Shown: positions 10,803-20,282 of the stretch, piece after piece
Layout: each line of letters opens with the position of its first letter
Numbering within the stretch: the first letter of the stretch is position 1
Assembly: GCA_024277995.1 (NCBI GenBank)
Contig: JAJRUD010000139.1
Coordinates: 2,194 to 66,193, forward strand
Reading direction: 5' to 3'
DNA from: Chloroflexota bacterium
Lineage (GTDB): Bacteria > Chloroflexota > Anaerolineae > Anaerolineales > E44-bin32
Length of the DNA stretch: 64,000 nucleotides
Notes under the pieces: model-generated
What the model was told of the DNA's origin: nothing
The model's database searches: none
The model's input: the letters and a program-made list of their open reading frames with translations, nothing else
Translations under genes and position numbers: made by a program

Positions 10803-12158
10803 TCATGCTGATCGCAGGATGCGGGGCTCTCGACCGCCTATGGCCGCCTCTTCCAGGCTTGCTCGCAATGAGGCGCCATAGCCGATCGTGCTCGTCGGAT
10901 AACCCTCGCGGCGAGCCGCGGCGGCCAGCCGGGCCGGGTTCCCGCTTCCTCCGAAGGTCGATCGATCGAGCAGGATCAAGACCGGCCAGAGGCCAGCGCG
11001 ATGCATTTCGCGTGCTTCCACCAGCAGCTCATCGTTGACCGCCGGGGTTATCAGATACACCGTCGATCCGCGCGGCAGGCGATCCCCCTCGATCCGCAGC
11101 GCATGGATCAGCGAGACGCTGCCAGCCGCCTGAAAGACGGCCAGCGATTCCAGGATGCGGTTCAACTGCGCTTCACCGCGGTCAGCCTGGAGCACCTGCC
11201 GCACCTGTCCATAGGCCACCAGCCCCACTGCTCGATCCCTCTGGTAGAAGTAGAAGGCCAGCGACGCCGCCAGAGTGACGGCATACTCTTCGGTGCTGGG
11301 GGGCAGCGGGAGCCGCGTCTCCGCCCATCTCTCCGCCAGCCCCAGGCTGAGCGATAGATCGTCAACGGCATGCTCGACGTGCACCGACCGCGCGCCGTCG
11401 AGGACGATCCATACCTCGGTCATCGGATCGCGCTCGAACTCCTTGACGATCAATCTTCCGCGGCGGGCGGTCGAGCGCCAGTGGATGCGGCTCATGCTGT
11501 CTCCCGGTGCGTAGTCGCGCACCCCGGCCGCGTTGGGCGTCACCTGATGCGTGCTTCCCCGTAGCGCCTCCCCCCCAGGAAGCCTTCCACCCGGGAGCGG
11601 CACCCGCGAGAGGGCGACGATGGTGGGCAGCACGACGACGTGATACGACTGCGGAAGGCCCACACAGCGCGTAAACAACCCGAAGGGGTCGCCGGAACAT
11701 GCCTCGGCCGGGCCGATGCGGAAGCGCCCGCGGCGCGTGCACAGCGTACGCACCACCCACGAACGGGTCTCGTGCGCCGCCACGCCGCCGAGCACCGCCG
11801 ATGCCCGGTGACCCGGTTTCGACATCGAGCCTGACGAAAGGATGCCCGCCAGAAAGGTCGGCGCCCAAGATCCTGGGAGCTCGGAGTGATCGCGAACGTC
11901 GAGCCATAATTTGGGCAGCCAACTGTCGTTGCGCAGCGAGAGGCGCTCCACGAAGAGGTGGCCCACCTGTGCCCTGAGCGCGCGCGGTTTCCGGTGCAGA
12001 GAGAGACCGGACACCGAAACGCGTGCCCACACCCAGGAGCCCGCCAGCAGCGCTCCCCAGAGGTAGGCTAGTGAGAAGAGCAGTGTCCGTCCCGAGGCCA
12101 GCGCCGCGAACAGGCTGACGGCGAAGAGGCCGAGCACGACGCGCGCCTGGGCGGACAT
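10803..12158 (-). CDS. DUF58 domain protein (MoxR-associated, vWA-like)
   Basis: Two N-terminal TM helices, then VRDYAPGDSMSRIHWRSTARRGRLIVKEFE, the DUF58 signature. ATG 12158 overlaps the moxR stop by 1 nt (TGATG). Confidence 0.85.
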   Translation of the reverse strand: MSAQARVVLGLFAVSLFAALASGRTLLFSLAYLWGALLAGSWVWARVSVSGLSLHRKPRALRAQVGHLFVERLSLRNDSWLPKLWLDVRDHSELPGSWAPTFLAGILSSGSMSKPGHRASAVLGGVAAHETRSWVVRTLCTRRGRFRIGPAEACSGDPFGLFTRCVGLPQSYHVVVLPTIVALSRVPLPGGRLPGGEALRGSTHQVTPNAAGVRDYAPGDSMSRIHWRSTARRGRLIVKEFERDPMTEVWIVLDGARSVHVEHAVDDLSLSLGLAERWAETRLPLPPSTEEYAVTLAASLAFYFYQRDRAVGLVAYGQVRQVLQADRGEAQLNRILESLAVFQAAGSVSLIHALRIEGDRLPRGSTVYLITPAVNDELLVEAREMHRAGLWPVLILLDRSTFGGSGNPARLAAAARREGYPTSTIGYGASLRASLEEAAIGGREPRILRSA

Positions 12159-13105
12159 CAAACGATCTCACCCCCCGGCGCTGGCACCATGCGCAGGAGA
12201 CGCTTCAGGATTTCGCGCGCATCCACCTCGCGCACGCGCGCCGCAGAGCTCATGATCAGGCGGTGGGCCAAGGCCGCGACGGCCAGCGCCTTCACATCGT
12301 CCGGCAGCACGTACTCCCTGCCGTCCAGCGCCGCTCTCGCCTGAGCCATCCGGAAGAGGGCCAGGCTGCCGCGCGGACTGGCGCCGAGGTACAGGTCCTC
12401 GTGCTCCCGCGTCGCGTTGACCACGTCGACGATGTACTGCTTGATCTCCTGCGAGACCCCCACCCGCCGCACCGCCCGCTGCGCCTCGATCAGCTCCTCC
12501 ACCCCGACGACCTGCTCCAGATTCTCGAGGGGATGCACCAGCTTCTGTTCCTCCAGCATGCGCATCTCATCCTCGGGAGCTGGATATCCAAGGCTGATGC
12601 GCATCAGGAAGCGGTCCATCTGCGCTTCAGGCAGGGGAAAGGTGCCTTCGTATTCGATGGGATTCTGAGTCGCCAGGACCATGAAGGGCTTCGGCAAAGG
12701 ATGTGTGACGCCATCCACCGTGATCTGGCGCTCTTCCATGGCTTCCAGCAGAGCGGCCTGCGTCTTGGGCGTAGCGCGGTTGATCTCATCCGTGAGCACG
12801 ATCTGGGCCATGACGGGCCCCGGCCGGAACTCGAACTCCTGTGTCTTCTGGTTGTAGATCGACACCCCGGTGACGTCGCTCGGCAGCATGTCCGGTGTGA
12901 ACTGAATGCGGTTGAAGGAACACCCTAGAGAGCGCGCCAGGCTCTTGGCGAGCACGGTCTTTCCCGTGCCCGGCACGTCCTCGATCAGGATATGCCCCTG
13001 ACAGAGCAGGCCGATGACCGTGAGGCGCACGGCCTCCGTCTTGCCGACGATCACTCGTCCCACGTTGTCGATAATCGCCTGGGCAAGCTGTCGCGTCTCA
13101 AGCAT
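12158..13105 (-). CDS. MoxR-family AAA+ ATPase
   Basis: 315-aa ORF. Walker A DVPGTGKT, Walker [24 protein letters not shown], and a typical MoxR C-terminal lid. GAGGAG RBS. Confidence 0.93.
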   Translation of the reverse strand: MLETRQLAQAIIDNVGRVIVGKTEAVRLTVIGLLCQGHILIEDVPGTGKTVLAKSLARSLGCSFNRIQFTPDMLPSDVTGVSIYNQKTQEFEFRPGPVMAQIVLTDEINRATPKTQAALLEAMEERQITVDGVTHPLPKPFMVLATQNPIEYEGTFPLPEAQMDRFLMRISLGYPAPEDEMRMLEEQKLVHPLENLEQVVGVEELIEAQRAVRRVGVSQEIKQYIVDVVNATREHEDLYLGASPRGSLALFRMAQARAALDGREYVLPDDVKALAVAALAHRLIMSSAARVREVDAREILKRLLRMVPAPGGEIV

Positions 13106-13184
13106 GTCCGCTCCTCGATTCCGGGAGCCCCTCGCCTGGGGGAGGCAGTGAGGGCATACGCGAGCTATTCTAACCGCTTTTCCT

Positions 13185-14279
13185 TCAGCCGTTGAGCAGA
13201 AGAGCGGATAGGGCGATCCAGAACCAACTGTAGGCCAGCGGACGTCGTGCGTTCCTGGCTGCGGCGTAGAAAAGCGTCGCCAGCACCAGGCCCGTGGCGA
13301 AGCGAAGCAGCCCCAACGGCTCCCTGAAGGTTGAGAAAGGCAGGAATATCACAGCACCTGCGTTGGCCAGCAGCGCCCACGAGACAGCATCCCCTTTGCC
13401 GCGCCAGAGGTCCCTGATGCCCACCGCTGTTCCCCACAGCGCGGGCAGGACCACCGTCGGCCCGAAGGCGGCCAGGAAGACGGCGAGCACCTTCGTGCTC
13501 ACCTGGCCGATGCGCAGCAGCCCCATCAGCGGGATCCATTCGAAAGGCGTCGACATCGCGCCACCGCTGCCGATCCCCGGCCGGCCGAAGGTGCGCCACA
13601 GCCACAATTGCCAGAGAGCGAAAGCTATCCCGCCCGCCGCCAGCGCCGTTGCCCGACCCGATCGCCGATTGAACAGCGCCTCCAGCAGCAATGCGCCCCA
13701 AAAGAGGATGGTGGTCTCCTTGGCGAACAACGCCAAGCCGGCCAGGAGCGCGGCCGTCGCCGGCTTCTCGCGCACCCAGGCCAGCCAGGCACCCGCCACC
13801 AGCGCGTATGCCAGGGGCTCGTGCAGATCCACCCCCACGGCCGCCACAAGGCCCACCCACAACCCGTACACCAGCGCATGTCCCGGTCGCCGCCCGTAGC
13901 TGACCATGACTTCGCCGACGGCCAGCGTGCCCAGGAACAGCGAAGCCAGATTGAGCGCGATCAGGCTCCATCCGATCCGCTCCACCTGTCCCAGCGCCAG
14001 CGCCCGCGCCAGCATGGGGTAGAGCACGCGCTGGTAGCGATATGCAGGGACGTCCAATCGCGGGGCCACGCTCTCCGGCCTGGGATCGACGGCCATGTAG
14101 TAGGCGAACTGCCCGTCATATCCCTGGCTTCCGGCGATGTTGCCGCCGTCGTAGCGCTCTCCGAGCTCCGCCAGCGCAACCGGGTCCCACCCACCCACCG
14201 CCAGACGCCACAACACGTACGCCAGGGCCACGGCCAGGGAGAGGAAAGCCGGCCAGGTGCGTTTCAACTGCGTCGCCAT
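13185..14279 (-). CDS. polytopic membrane protein, family unassigned (putative surface-glycopolymer assembly/GT-C-like)
   Basis: I trimmed ORF 13185..14459 to ATG 14279 ([24 protein letters not shown]); the upstream part overlaps the YfhO gene and is Arg/Gly-rich. About 9-10 TM helices. The first loop contains [17 protein letters not shown]. Confidence 0.6.
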   Translation of the reverse strand: MATQLKRTWPAFLSLAVALAYVLWRLAVGGWDPVALAELGERYDGGNIAGSQGYDGQFAYYMAVDPRPESVAPRLDVPAYRYQRVLYPMLARALALGQVERIGWSLIALNLASLFLGTLAVGEVMVSYGRRPGHALVYGLWVGLVAAVGVDLHEPLAYALVAGAWLAWVREKPATAALLAGLALFAKETTILFWGALLLEALFNRRSGRATALAAGGIAFALWQLWLWRTFGRPGIGSGGAMSTPFEWIPLMGLLRIGQVSTKVLAVFLAAFGPTVVLPALWGTAVGIRDLWRGKGDAVSWALLANAGAVIFLPFSTFREPLGLLRFATGLVLATLFYAAARNARRPLAYSWFWIALSALLLNG

Positions 14280-16522
14280 CGCCAGATCAGGAAGACCAAC
14301 ACAGACCAGCCGGCCAGCCCCAGGCCGAGCCCCAGGAAGTATGAGGCCGGCTGATAGCGGAAGACGATCTCGTGCTCGCCAGCCGGCACATGTACGGCGC
14401 GGAACAGGAAATCCGCGGCGTAGATGGTCGCCTCGCGCCCATCTACGGCAGCCCGCCACCCCGGATAGAACGCGTCGGACAACACGACCCAGCCGCCCTG
14501 GGGGCTGCTGGCGTGCAGCACCACGCGCCGCGGCTCGTCCACCGTCAGTTCAACGTCCCCTGGCCGTCCCCCGGCCGGGATCTCCCCCTTTGCCGGCTTG
14601 CCCTCGATCACGGCCTGCCGCTCCGGATCGAACCCCTCATCAAAGACCGCCGCCAGCGCGGCCTCGGGGGTATCAACGTAATCCACCTGCGTCACAATGC
14701 GCACGCGAGCCGCCCCCTCAACGGGCGCGTAATCGACCCAGGGCGGTTCGTCTCCGCGCGCCACGGCGCGCCAGCCCACGTCCATCAGGCGCAGCCACGC
14801 CTCTCGCTTTTCGGTCGGCACTGCTTCAAGACGCGCCATCCATGACGCATAGCGCGACGGCAGGATGGGGTCGAAGTTGTTGGCGGAGGGCAGGCCGTCG
14901 AGCATGGTCGCGTTGGGCAGCCCGGCTGCCCGCACCTGGCGCCAATCGATGTCCGGGCTGAAGGTGTCGAAGCGGTGCGTGCGCTTGAACTTTATCTCCC
15001 TTTCAATGTCTGCCGGCATATAGAGCCGGTGTCCATCGTTCAGGCGGGCCGCCAGCGGGCTCTCGCCGCGGAAGAGATCAAGCGAGGTCGTCGGATTCAG
15101 CCCCCACCCTGCCACGACCAGGTCGGCCAGAACGATCAGCCCCACCACCGCCTGATAGGCGCCTGTGCGACGCTCATCCGGCACCAGATGACAGACGCCC
15201 GCGGCCGCCATCCAGAGCCCGGCCATGACCAGCGCCGCGGGCGCCGTCCGCACGACGCCGGGTACCAGCCGACTCCCGAGGGCGGCGAAGAACACGATCG
15301 ACAGGCTCCCGGCGAAGGCCAGACGCGACCAATATAGCGCCCGACCCTGGGGCGACCGCCACGCCGCCGCCCCCAACCCCGCCAGCATCGAGAGCGCGAA
15401 GACCATCCAGATCGACCAGCGTGTGGGAGCCTGGAAGAGATCGAAGGTCGGGACAGTTCTGTAAAGCAAAGGGAAGAGCGGCGTGTTTCTCCCCAACGCC
15501 AGCAGCAGGGAGACGCCAGCCAGCAGGCTGAGGAAACGCGCCTCACGCCAGGTCGGGATGCTGCGCCGCCAGCCGCGCACCACGGCCGCCATCGCCAACA
15601 GCAGGGGCAGCACCCCCACGTACGCAGCGTCCTCCCAGTAATTCCCGTAGCCCCAGTAGTCGCCCATGGCGGGGTTGCCGAAGAGATTGGGCGCCAGCAG
15701 CCCCAGCAGCCGCCACGGCCAGAAGGAATAGGTCATGACGAACTGAGGGTCCAGCGCGCTGGCGCGCTGTGAGTTGGCCATGTACTCCAGCGTCGGCAGC
15801 AGTTGCGGCGCCGCCAGCAGGAAGGCCAGGCCCCCAGCGGCCGCCATCCACATCCCCACGCGCAGCAGCAGCGGTGCTCCTCCCCTTTGCCACGCTCGCC
15901 AGACCGCCCAGACCAGGGCGAGCAGCAGCGCGTACCAGGCCGTCTGTGCGTGCCCGGCCAGCCACTGCATGCCCAGGATCACGACCAGCCAGGGGAACGC
16001 CCTGGCGATTCGCCGCTCACGGCACTGCGCCACCAGGCGCTCCGCAGCCAGGATCAACCAGGGCAACCAGGCCGCCGTGGCGTTGATGCTCAGGAATCCG
16101 GAACGCGCCACCAGGTAGCCTGACAGACTGAAGGAAACACCCGCCAAGGCCTGACTCACCCTGGGCAGCCCCAGCTCCCTGGTCAATAGCACCATACCCC
16201 AGCCGGCCCAGGCCAAATGAATAAGCACCAGCAGCCCATGCCCCCAGGCCACGTCGACGATGGCCAACAGGAAGTTCGGCGGGTAAAGCAGCGCCGACTG
16301 GTAATTCGCCAGCAGGGGGGCGCCCATCCCCAAGAGCGGATTCCACAGAGGCAGATCCCCCCGGCGGAGCAGGTCCAGCGCGTAATCCCGCCAGGGGACG
16401 AACTGCAGCAGGGGCGTCCCCCAGAAGAGGGCCTCGCCGCGCGCCAGCATCGGGCCGAAGAGAGCCAGCGGTCCCAGCAGCACCAGCAAGGCCGGCCACT
16501 GGCGCCTCACCAGGGATCTCAC
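14264..16522 (-). CDS. YfhO-family polytopic membrane protein (copy A)
   Basis: PLWNPLLGMGAPLLANYQSALLYPPN near the N-terminus, many TM helices, and a C-terminal beta domain FYPGWRAAVDGREA...GEHEIVFRYQP plus a final TM helix, typical of YfhO. I chose the GTG start at 16522 because it forms a GTGA overlap with the upstream stop. Confidence 0.8.
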   Translation of the reverse strand: MRSLVRRQWPALLVLLGPLALFGPMLARGEALFWGTPLLQFVPWRDYALDLLRRGDLPLWNPLLGMGAPLLANYQSALLYPPNFLLAIVDVAWGHGLLVLIHLAWAGWGMVLLTRELGLPRVSQALAGVSFSLSGYLVARSGFLSINATAAWLPWLILAAERLVAQCRERRIARAFPWLVVILGMQWLAGHAQTAWYALLLALVWAVWRAWQRGGAPLLLRVGMWMAAAGGLAFLLAAPQLLPTLEYMANSQRASALDPQFVMTYSFWPWRLLGLLAPNLFGNPAMGDYWGYGNYWEDAAYVGVLPLLLAMAAVVRGWRRSIPTWREARFLSLLAGVSLLLALGRNTPLFPLLYRTVPTFDLFQAPTRWSIWMVFALSMLAGLGAAAWRSPQGRALYWSRLAFAGSLSIVFFAALGSRLVPGVVRTAPAALVMAGLWMAAAGVCHLVPDERRTGAYQAVVGLIVLADLVVAGWGLNPTTSLDLFRGESPLAARLNDGHRLYMPADIEREIKFKRTHRFDTFSPDIDWRQVRAAGLPNATMLDGLPSANNFDPILPSRYASWMARLEAVPTEKREAWLRLMDVGWRAVARGDEPPWVDYAPVEGAARVRIVTQVDYVDTPEAALAAVFDEGFDPERQAVIEGKPAKGEIPAGGRPGDVELTVDEPRRVVLHASSPQGGWVVLSDAFYPGWRAAVDGREATIYAADFLFRAVHVPAGEHEIVFRYQPASYFLGLGLGLAGWSVLVFLIWRWRRS

Positions 16523-18126
16523 CCCCCGCCTCCCAGGCGGGCTTCCTGCGGCACCGCGTACAGCATCACGTCTTCTCCGGCATATACCAGCCGCAGGAAA
16601 CCGGGATCGGCCGGATCCCACGCCCCCATTTCGCGCTCATGCGGCCCCCAGAAGACGTAGGCTACGTCATGTTCGGCCAGGAAGCGTCGCCGCGACCACT
16701 CAGCGCCCTCCCCCGCGAAGAAGGATTCCACGCGCGGCATCAGCTTCGCGAGACCAACGGTTTCCGGTCCATGGCCCACCACCACGCGCACGGCCGCCCA
16801 GGCCGGCAGCGCGTTGCCGACGCCGAAGGATGAAAGCACGACCTGGCCAGGTTCCGCATTCTCGGCCAGCCACTGGAAAGCCTCCACCTCCGGCGCTGCG
16901 CGGTAGGCCGGTTCGCCAGGCCGGAGCGCGATGGTGATCCCGCTGCCCAGCAGGAGCGCCGTTGTGGGCAATGAGAGCGCCAAGATCGCCAACGGCACCC
17001 AGCGCCACTTCGCAGGCCGGGTCCGTACGCCGCTCAGCGCCATCGCCGCCAGAACGAGCAGAGCCACCCATATCCCCTCCGGCAGCCGGCGCTGCAAGTT
17101 GTGAGGAGCATAGGCCAGCAGGGGAAAGGCCAGCAGCCACGCCACGACCAGTAACGGGCGCACATCGCTCTTGCGCAGCGCCCTGAAGGCCCCCGCTACC
17201 GCCAGCGGCAGCACCAGTGCGAAGGCAACCAGGTAATGCCATATCGGCGGTGAGAGGATCCGATTCTGCAGGGTCCATTGCCGCAGAAAAGGGTCGCTGG
17301 AGAAAGCCGCTGCGTAGGCGAGCACCAGGGGCAAGACCGGCAAGGTCGTCCGCAACGCCGCACCCCACCAGGCCTTCAAACGGTCCCAACCGATCCGCCC
17401 CCAGAACCGCCCCAGCAGAGCAATCTGATGGGCGCCGATCACGGCATAGGCCGTGACCACGGAAAGGGGCTGGACCAGCAGGAGCGCCACCAGCGTCAGG
17501 CCCGCCCGCCGCGAGCGGCGCGCTTCATCGGCCGCCTGCAGGTAGTCGGCCAAAGCGAAGAGCAGCATCGCCCGCGCCAGTACCAGGTGCGGCATTCCGT
17601 AGATGGCGAGAAACCCGAAGGTCTCGGGAGAGTACAGCGAGAGGGGCGTGGTGGTCCCCGTACCTCCCAGGGCCAGCAGGAGCATGATCCAATCGACGCC
17701 GGCGCCGAGCGTCGCCATCACCGTCACCCAGCGCCTGGCCTTCGGCTTCTCCAGGAACAGGGCGGCGAAGCGATAGGTGGCGCCGACGACCAGTACGATG
17801 GATGCGACGCGAAACAGATGATAGAGGGCGACCAGCTGTTCATGCAGCCCCACTCCGCCGGCCAGCTTGCCGAGCAACATGAAGGGCAGAAAGGCGATCA
17901 CTCCCGCCTGGGATGCCGTGCTGTAGGGCGTGCGGAAGAGCCAATTGCCATATGTGCCGAGCATCATCTTTGCGATGTACGAATTGCCATCCTCCACGGC
18001 GAAAAGGAAACCTGTGAAACGCCAGGCCTCCCCCGCCGTGCTGTAGGCGAGGACATAAGGCGCCGTCGTCAGGAGGATGAGCACCAGTGCATAGCGCCAC
18101 TGCCACGTGCGCTCGTCTTTACTCAT
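16519..18126 (-). CDS. polytopic membrane protein, GT-C-like, unassigned family (paralog B)
   Basis: Start at ATG 18126 (MSKDERTW), which forms an ATGA overlap with the upstream YfhO stop. About 12 TM helices. It shares the motifs DGNSYIAKM, YAPHNLQRRL and LPAWAAVRVVVGHGPET with the 20279..21862 protein. Confidence 0.6.
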   Translation of the reverse strand: MSKDERTWQWRYALVLILLTTAPYVLAYSTAGEAWRFTGFLFAVEDGNSYIAKMMLGTYGNWLFRTPYSTASQAGVIAFLPFMLLGKLAGGVGLHEQLVALYHLFRVASIVLVVGATYRFAALFLEKPKARRWVTVMATLGAGVDWIMLLLALGGTGTTTPLSLYSPETFGFLAIYGMPHLVLARAMLLFALADYLQAADEARRSRRAGLTLVALLLVQPLSVVTAYAVIGAHQIALLGRFWGRIGWDRLKAWWGAALRTTLPVLPLVLAYAAAFSSDPFLRQWTLQNRILSPPIWHYLVAFALVLPLAVAGAFRALRKSDVRPLLVVAWLLAFPLLAYAPHNLQRRLPEGIWVALLVLAAMALSGVRTRPAKWRWVPLAILALSLPTTALLLGSGITIALRPGEPAYRAAPEVEAFQWLAENAEPGQVVLSSFGVGNALPAWAAVRVVVGHGPETVGLAKLMPRVESFFAGEGAEWSRRRFLAEHDVAYVFWGPHEREMGAWDPADPGFLRLVYAGEDVMLYAVPQEARLGGGG

Positions 18127-20282
18127 AGCCATCGTGAGCCTATCACAGCCAGGGCCAGGGTCATCAAGCTGATCCCCAACCCTACGAAAACGCGCCATGG
18201 ACGGAAGATGAACCTCACCTCGTGCTCGCCCGTGCCCAGCCGCACACCTCGCAGCAATCCATGGACCGGCTCGATGGGGGTGCGCTGCCCGTCGACCTCA
18301 GCCTGCCATCCCGGGTACTCCACTTCGCTGAGCACCAGCAGGCCAGGCCCTTTCGCCCGTACCCGGATCGCGTTGGGCGTCCATTCGAGCAGACTGGCAG
18401 CCTCGGGTGCGTACCCCTGCCCGTCGCCGTGCTCGACCCACACCCTGGGACGCACCTGCGGATTGCGATAGAGGAGCACGCCCTCCGTGGTCCGCTCCAG
18501 TTGAAGGCCCGCCGCATGGAGCGGGAAATCGGAAAGGATCCATCCCACGTTCAATACCCCCAGCGCCTCCAGATCCAGGTGTGTTCTCCAGGGCGCGCGC
18601 GGATCGCCTGTCGGAAAGGGCGGCAGGGTGACGCTGTACTCTTCGCCGTCAAACCCCACCGCCCCGCTCATGTATTCGCGATATGCGCTGAGCTGCAGTG
18701 GGTTCACGCCATCGGCCAGTTCCAGTCCGAACCTGGCGGCGACGTGCTGGGGAACAGCATAGGAAGGCGAGAATATGCGCACCCGCCCCGCCGCCTGCAT
18801 CGCCTCACCCAGCCTGGCGCGCTCTTGCATGGCCGGCCGCACGCCTTTCACAGTCAACAACGTCGCGTCGACGAACGCCAGATCGAACACCACCAGTGCC
18901 AGAATCGTGCCCAACACGAAGGCGGCTGGCCCCTTTCCAGCCAGCCCATAGGCCAACACCACGAAGCCGCCCAGTGCCAGTGCCCCGACCAGCAGGCCCG
19001 CGCGCGCCACTCCGGCATTGGAGGCGCCGGCCACGATGGACAGGCAGAATCCGAGCCCGCTGATCGCCAGGGCGACGCCGAAAAGCACCATCCTGGAGCG
19101 AGCGGCGGTCGTAACCCCGCGCCATATATCGCTCAAGCGTTCCAAGCCCCGCGCGGCGAGCATCGCGACGGCCAGCCCGGCGATGAAGACCATGCGCGCC
19201 GGCACCCTCAGCAATCTCATGCCCGGGATCACGGATGAGACTGCGTCATAGAACCACGCCGGTCTGGCCGTGGCCAGCAGCAGGGCCAGCACACCAGCAG
19301 CCAGCCAGAACCACGAGCGGCGCTTCGCCTGCATCAGCCCCAGGGTCGCCAACATGAGCGGCAGCAGGCCCATGTAGGTCTGCCACTCTCCCCACCCCCC
19401 CAGATCGGGGATCACGATGCCGAGCAGTCTGCCCACGGGCAGGGCCATGGCCGTCCGCTGTGCCGCGCCCAGGTCAGCGCGCGTGCTCAGGCGGGCGAAC
19501 TCTTCCAGCGGCAACCAGAGCGCGGCAGCGGCTCCCGCGGCAATCGCCCCTGCGACCGCTATCACTGCAGCCCATCGTGCGGCGAGGCGAGGGGACATCC
19601 AGGTCCGCATATTGTGGCTATGCGCAGCCTGGCGCAAAGAATAGGCCACCGCCAGGATCCCCGCCGGCACCGCCCAGCGCGGGTCGGCCAGGAATAGCGC
19701 GCCCAGCGTCAGCCCGGCCGCAAAGACCCTGCGTGACAACCAATCCCCCTCCCCGGCCGCCCCCTCACCCAACCGACCCCACGCCGCCACCACCCAGGGC
19801 GTCCAGCTCACGGCGTATACCAGCGTGACGTGGCCCAGCGCCACGTGCGCCACCAGTTTGGGGCTGCCGCTGAAGACCGCTCCGGCCAGGAACGCGGCGG
19901 CCCTTCCCAGCCCTTCGCCCCGCGCCAACCGATAGGCGCCCACCCCGCCCCAGACCAGGTGCAGCCAGAGCAACAGGTTGAAAGTCAGGGGCGAGGGCCA
20001 TATGGCCGTTGGCCAGTTCGGCGGGTACCAGAGACTCGCCAGCGGGTCGGCGGCCAAGGGCTGGCCGCTCAGAATGAGAGGGTTCCACAAAGGGACTTGC
20101 TGCCACAGGGCAAGGCCGCGCTGAATCAAATAGGCGTTCGGCAGGTGGGCGATGAGCAGGTCTGTGAACTGGGCCCCCGGCTGATAAGGCACGCCCGTCG
20201 GATCGCGCGCCAACGGCGAGAGCCACAGCAGGCCGAGCAGTAAGAACCCTGCGCCCACGAGCAGGCGCCGTCGCCCGCTCAT
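18123..20282 (-). CDS. YfhO-family polytopic membrane protein (copy B)
   Basis: Internal ATG 20282 of the 1180-aa ORF (MSGRRRLLVGAGFLLLGLLWL), forming an ATGA overlap with the upstream stop. PLWNPLILSGQPL...WYPPN near the N-terminus and a C-terminal YPGWQAEVDGQ...GEHEVRFIFRP. Confidence 0.8.
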   Translation of the reverse strand: MSGRRRLLVGAGFLLLGLLWLSPLARDPTGVPYQPGAQFTDLLIAHLPNAYLIQRGLALWQQVPLWNPLILSGQPLAADPLASLWYPPNWPTAIWPSPLTFNLLLWLHLVWGGVGAYRLARGEGLGRAAAFLAGAVFSGSPKLVAHVALGHVTLVYAVSWTPWVVAAWGRLGEGAAGEGDWLSRRVFAAGLTLGALFLADPRWAVPAGILAVAYSLRQAAHSHNMRTWMSPRLAARWAAVIAVAGAIAAGAAAALWLPLEEFARLSTRADLGAAQRTAMALPVGRLLGIVIPDLGGWGEWQTYMGLLPLMLATLGLMQAKRRSWFWLAAGVLALLLATARPAWFYDAVSSVIPGMRLLRVPARMVFIAGLAVAMLAARGLERLSDIWRGVTTAARSRMVLFGVALAISGLGFCLSIVAGASNAGVARAGLLVGALALGGFVVLAYGLAGKGPAAFVLGTILALVVFDLAFVDATLLTVKGVRPAMQERARLGEAMQAAGRVRIFSPSYAVPQHVAARFGLELADGVNPLQLSAYREYMSGAVGFDGEEYSVTLPPFPTGDPRAPWRTHLDLEALGVLNVGWILSDFPLHAAGLQLERTTEGVLLYRNPQVRPRVWVEHGDGQGYAPEAASLLEWTPNAIRVRAKGPGLLVLSEVEYPGWQAEVDGQRTPIEPVHGLLRGVRLGTGEHEVRFIFRPWRVFVGLGISLMTLALAVIGSRWL

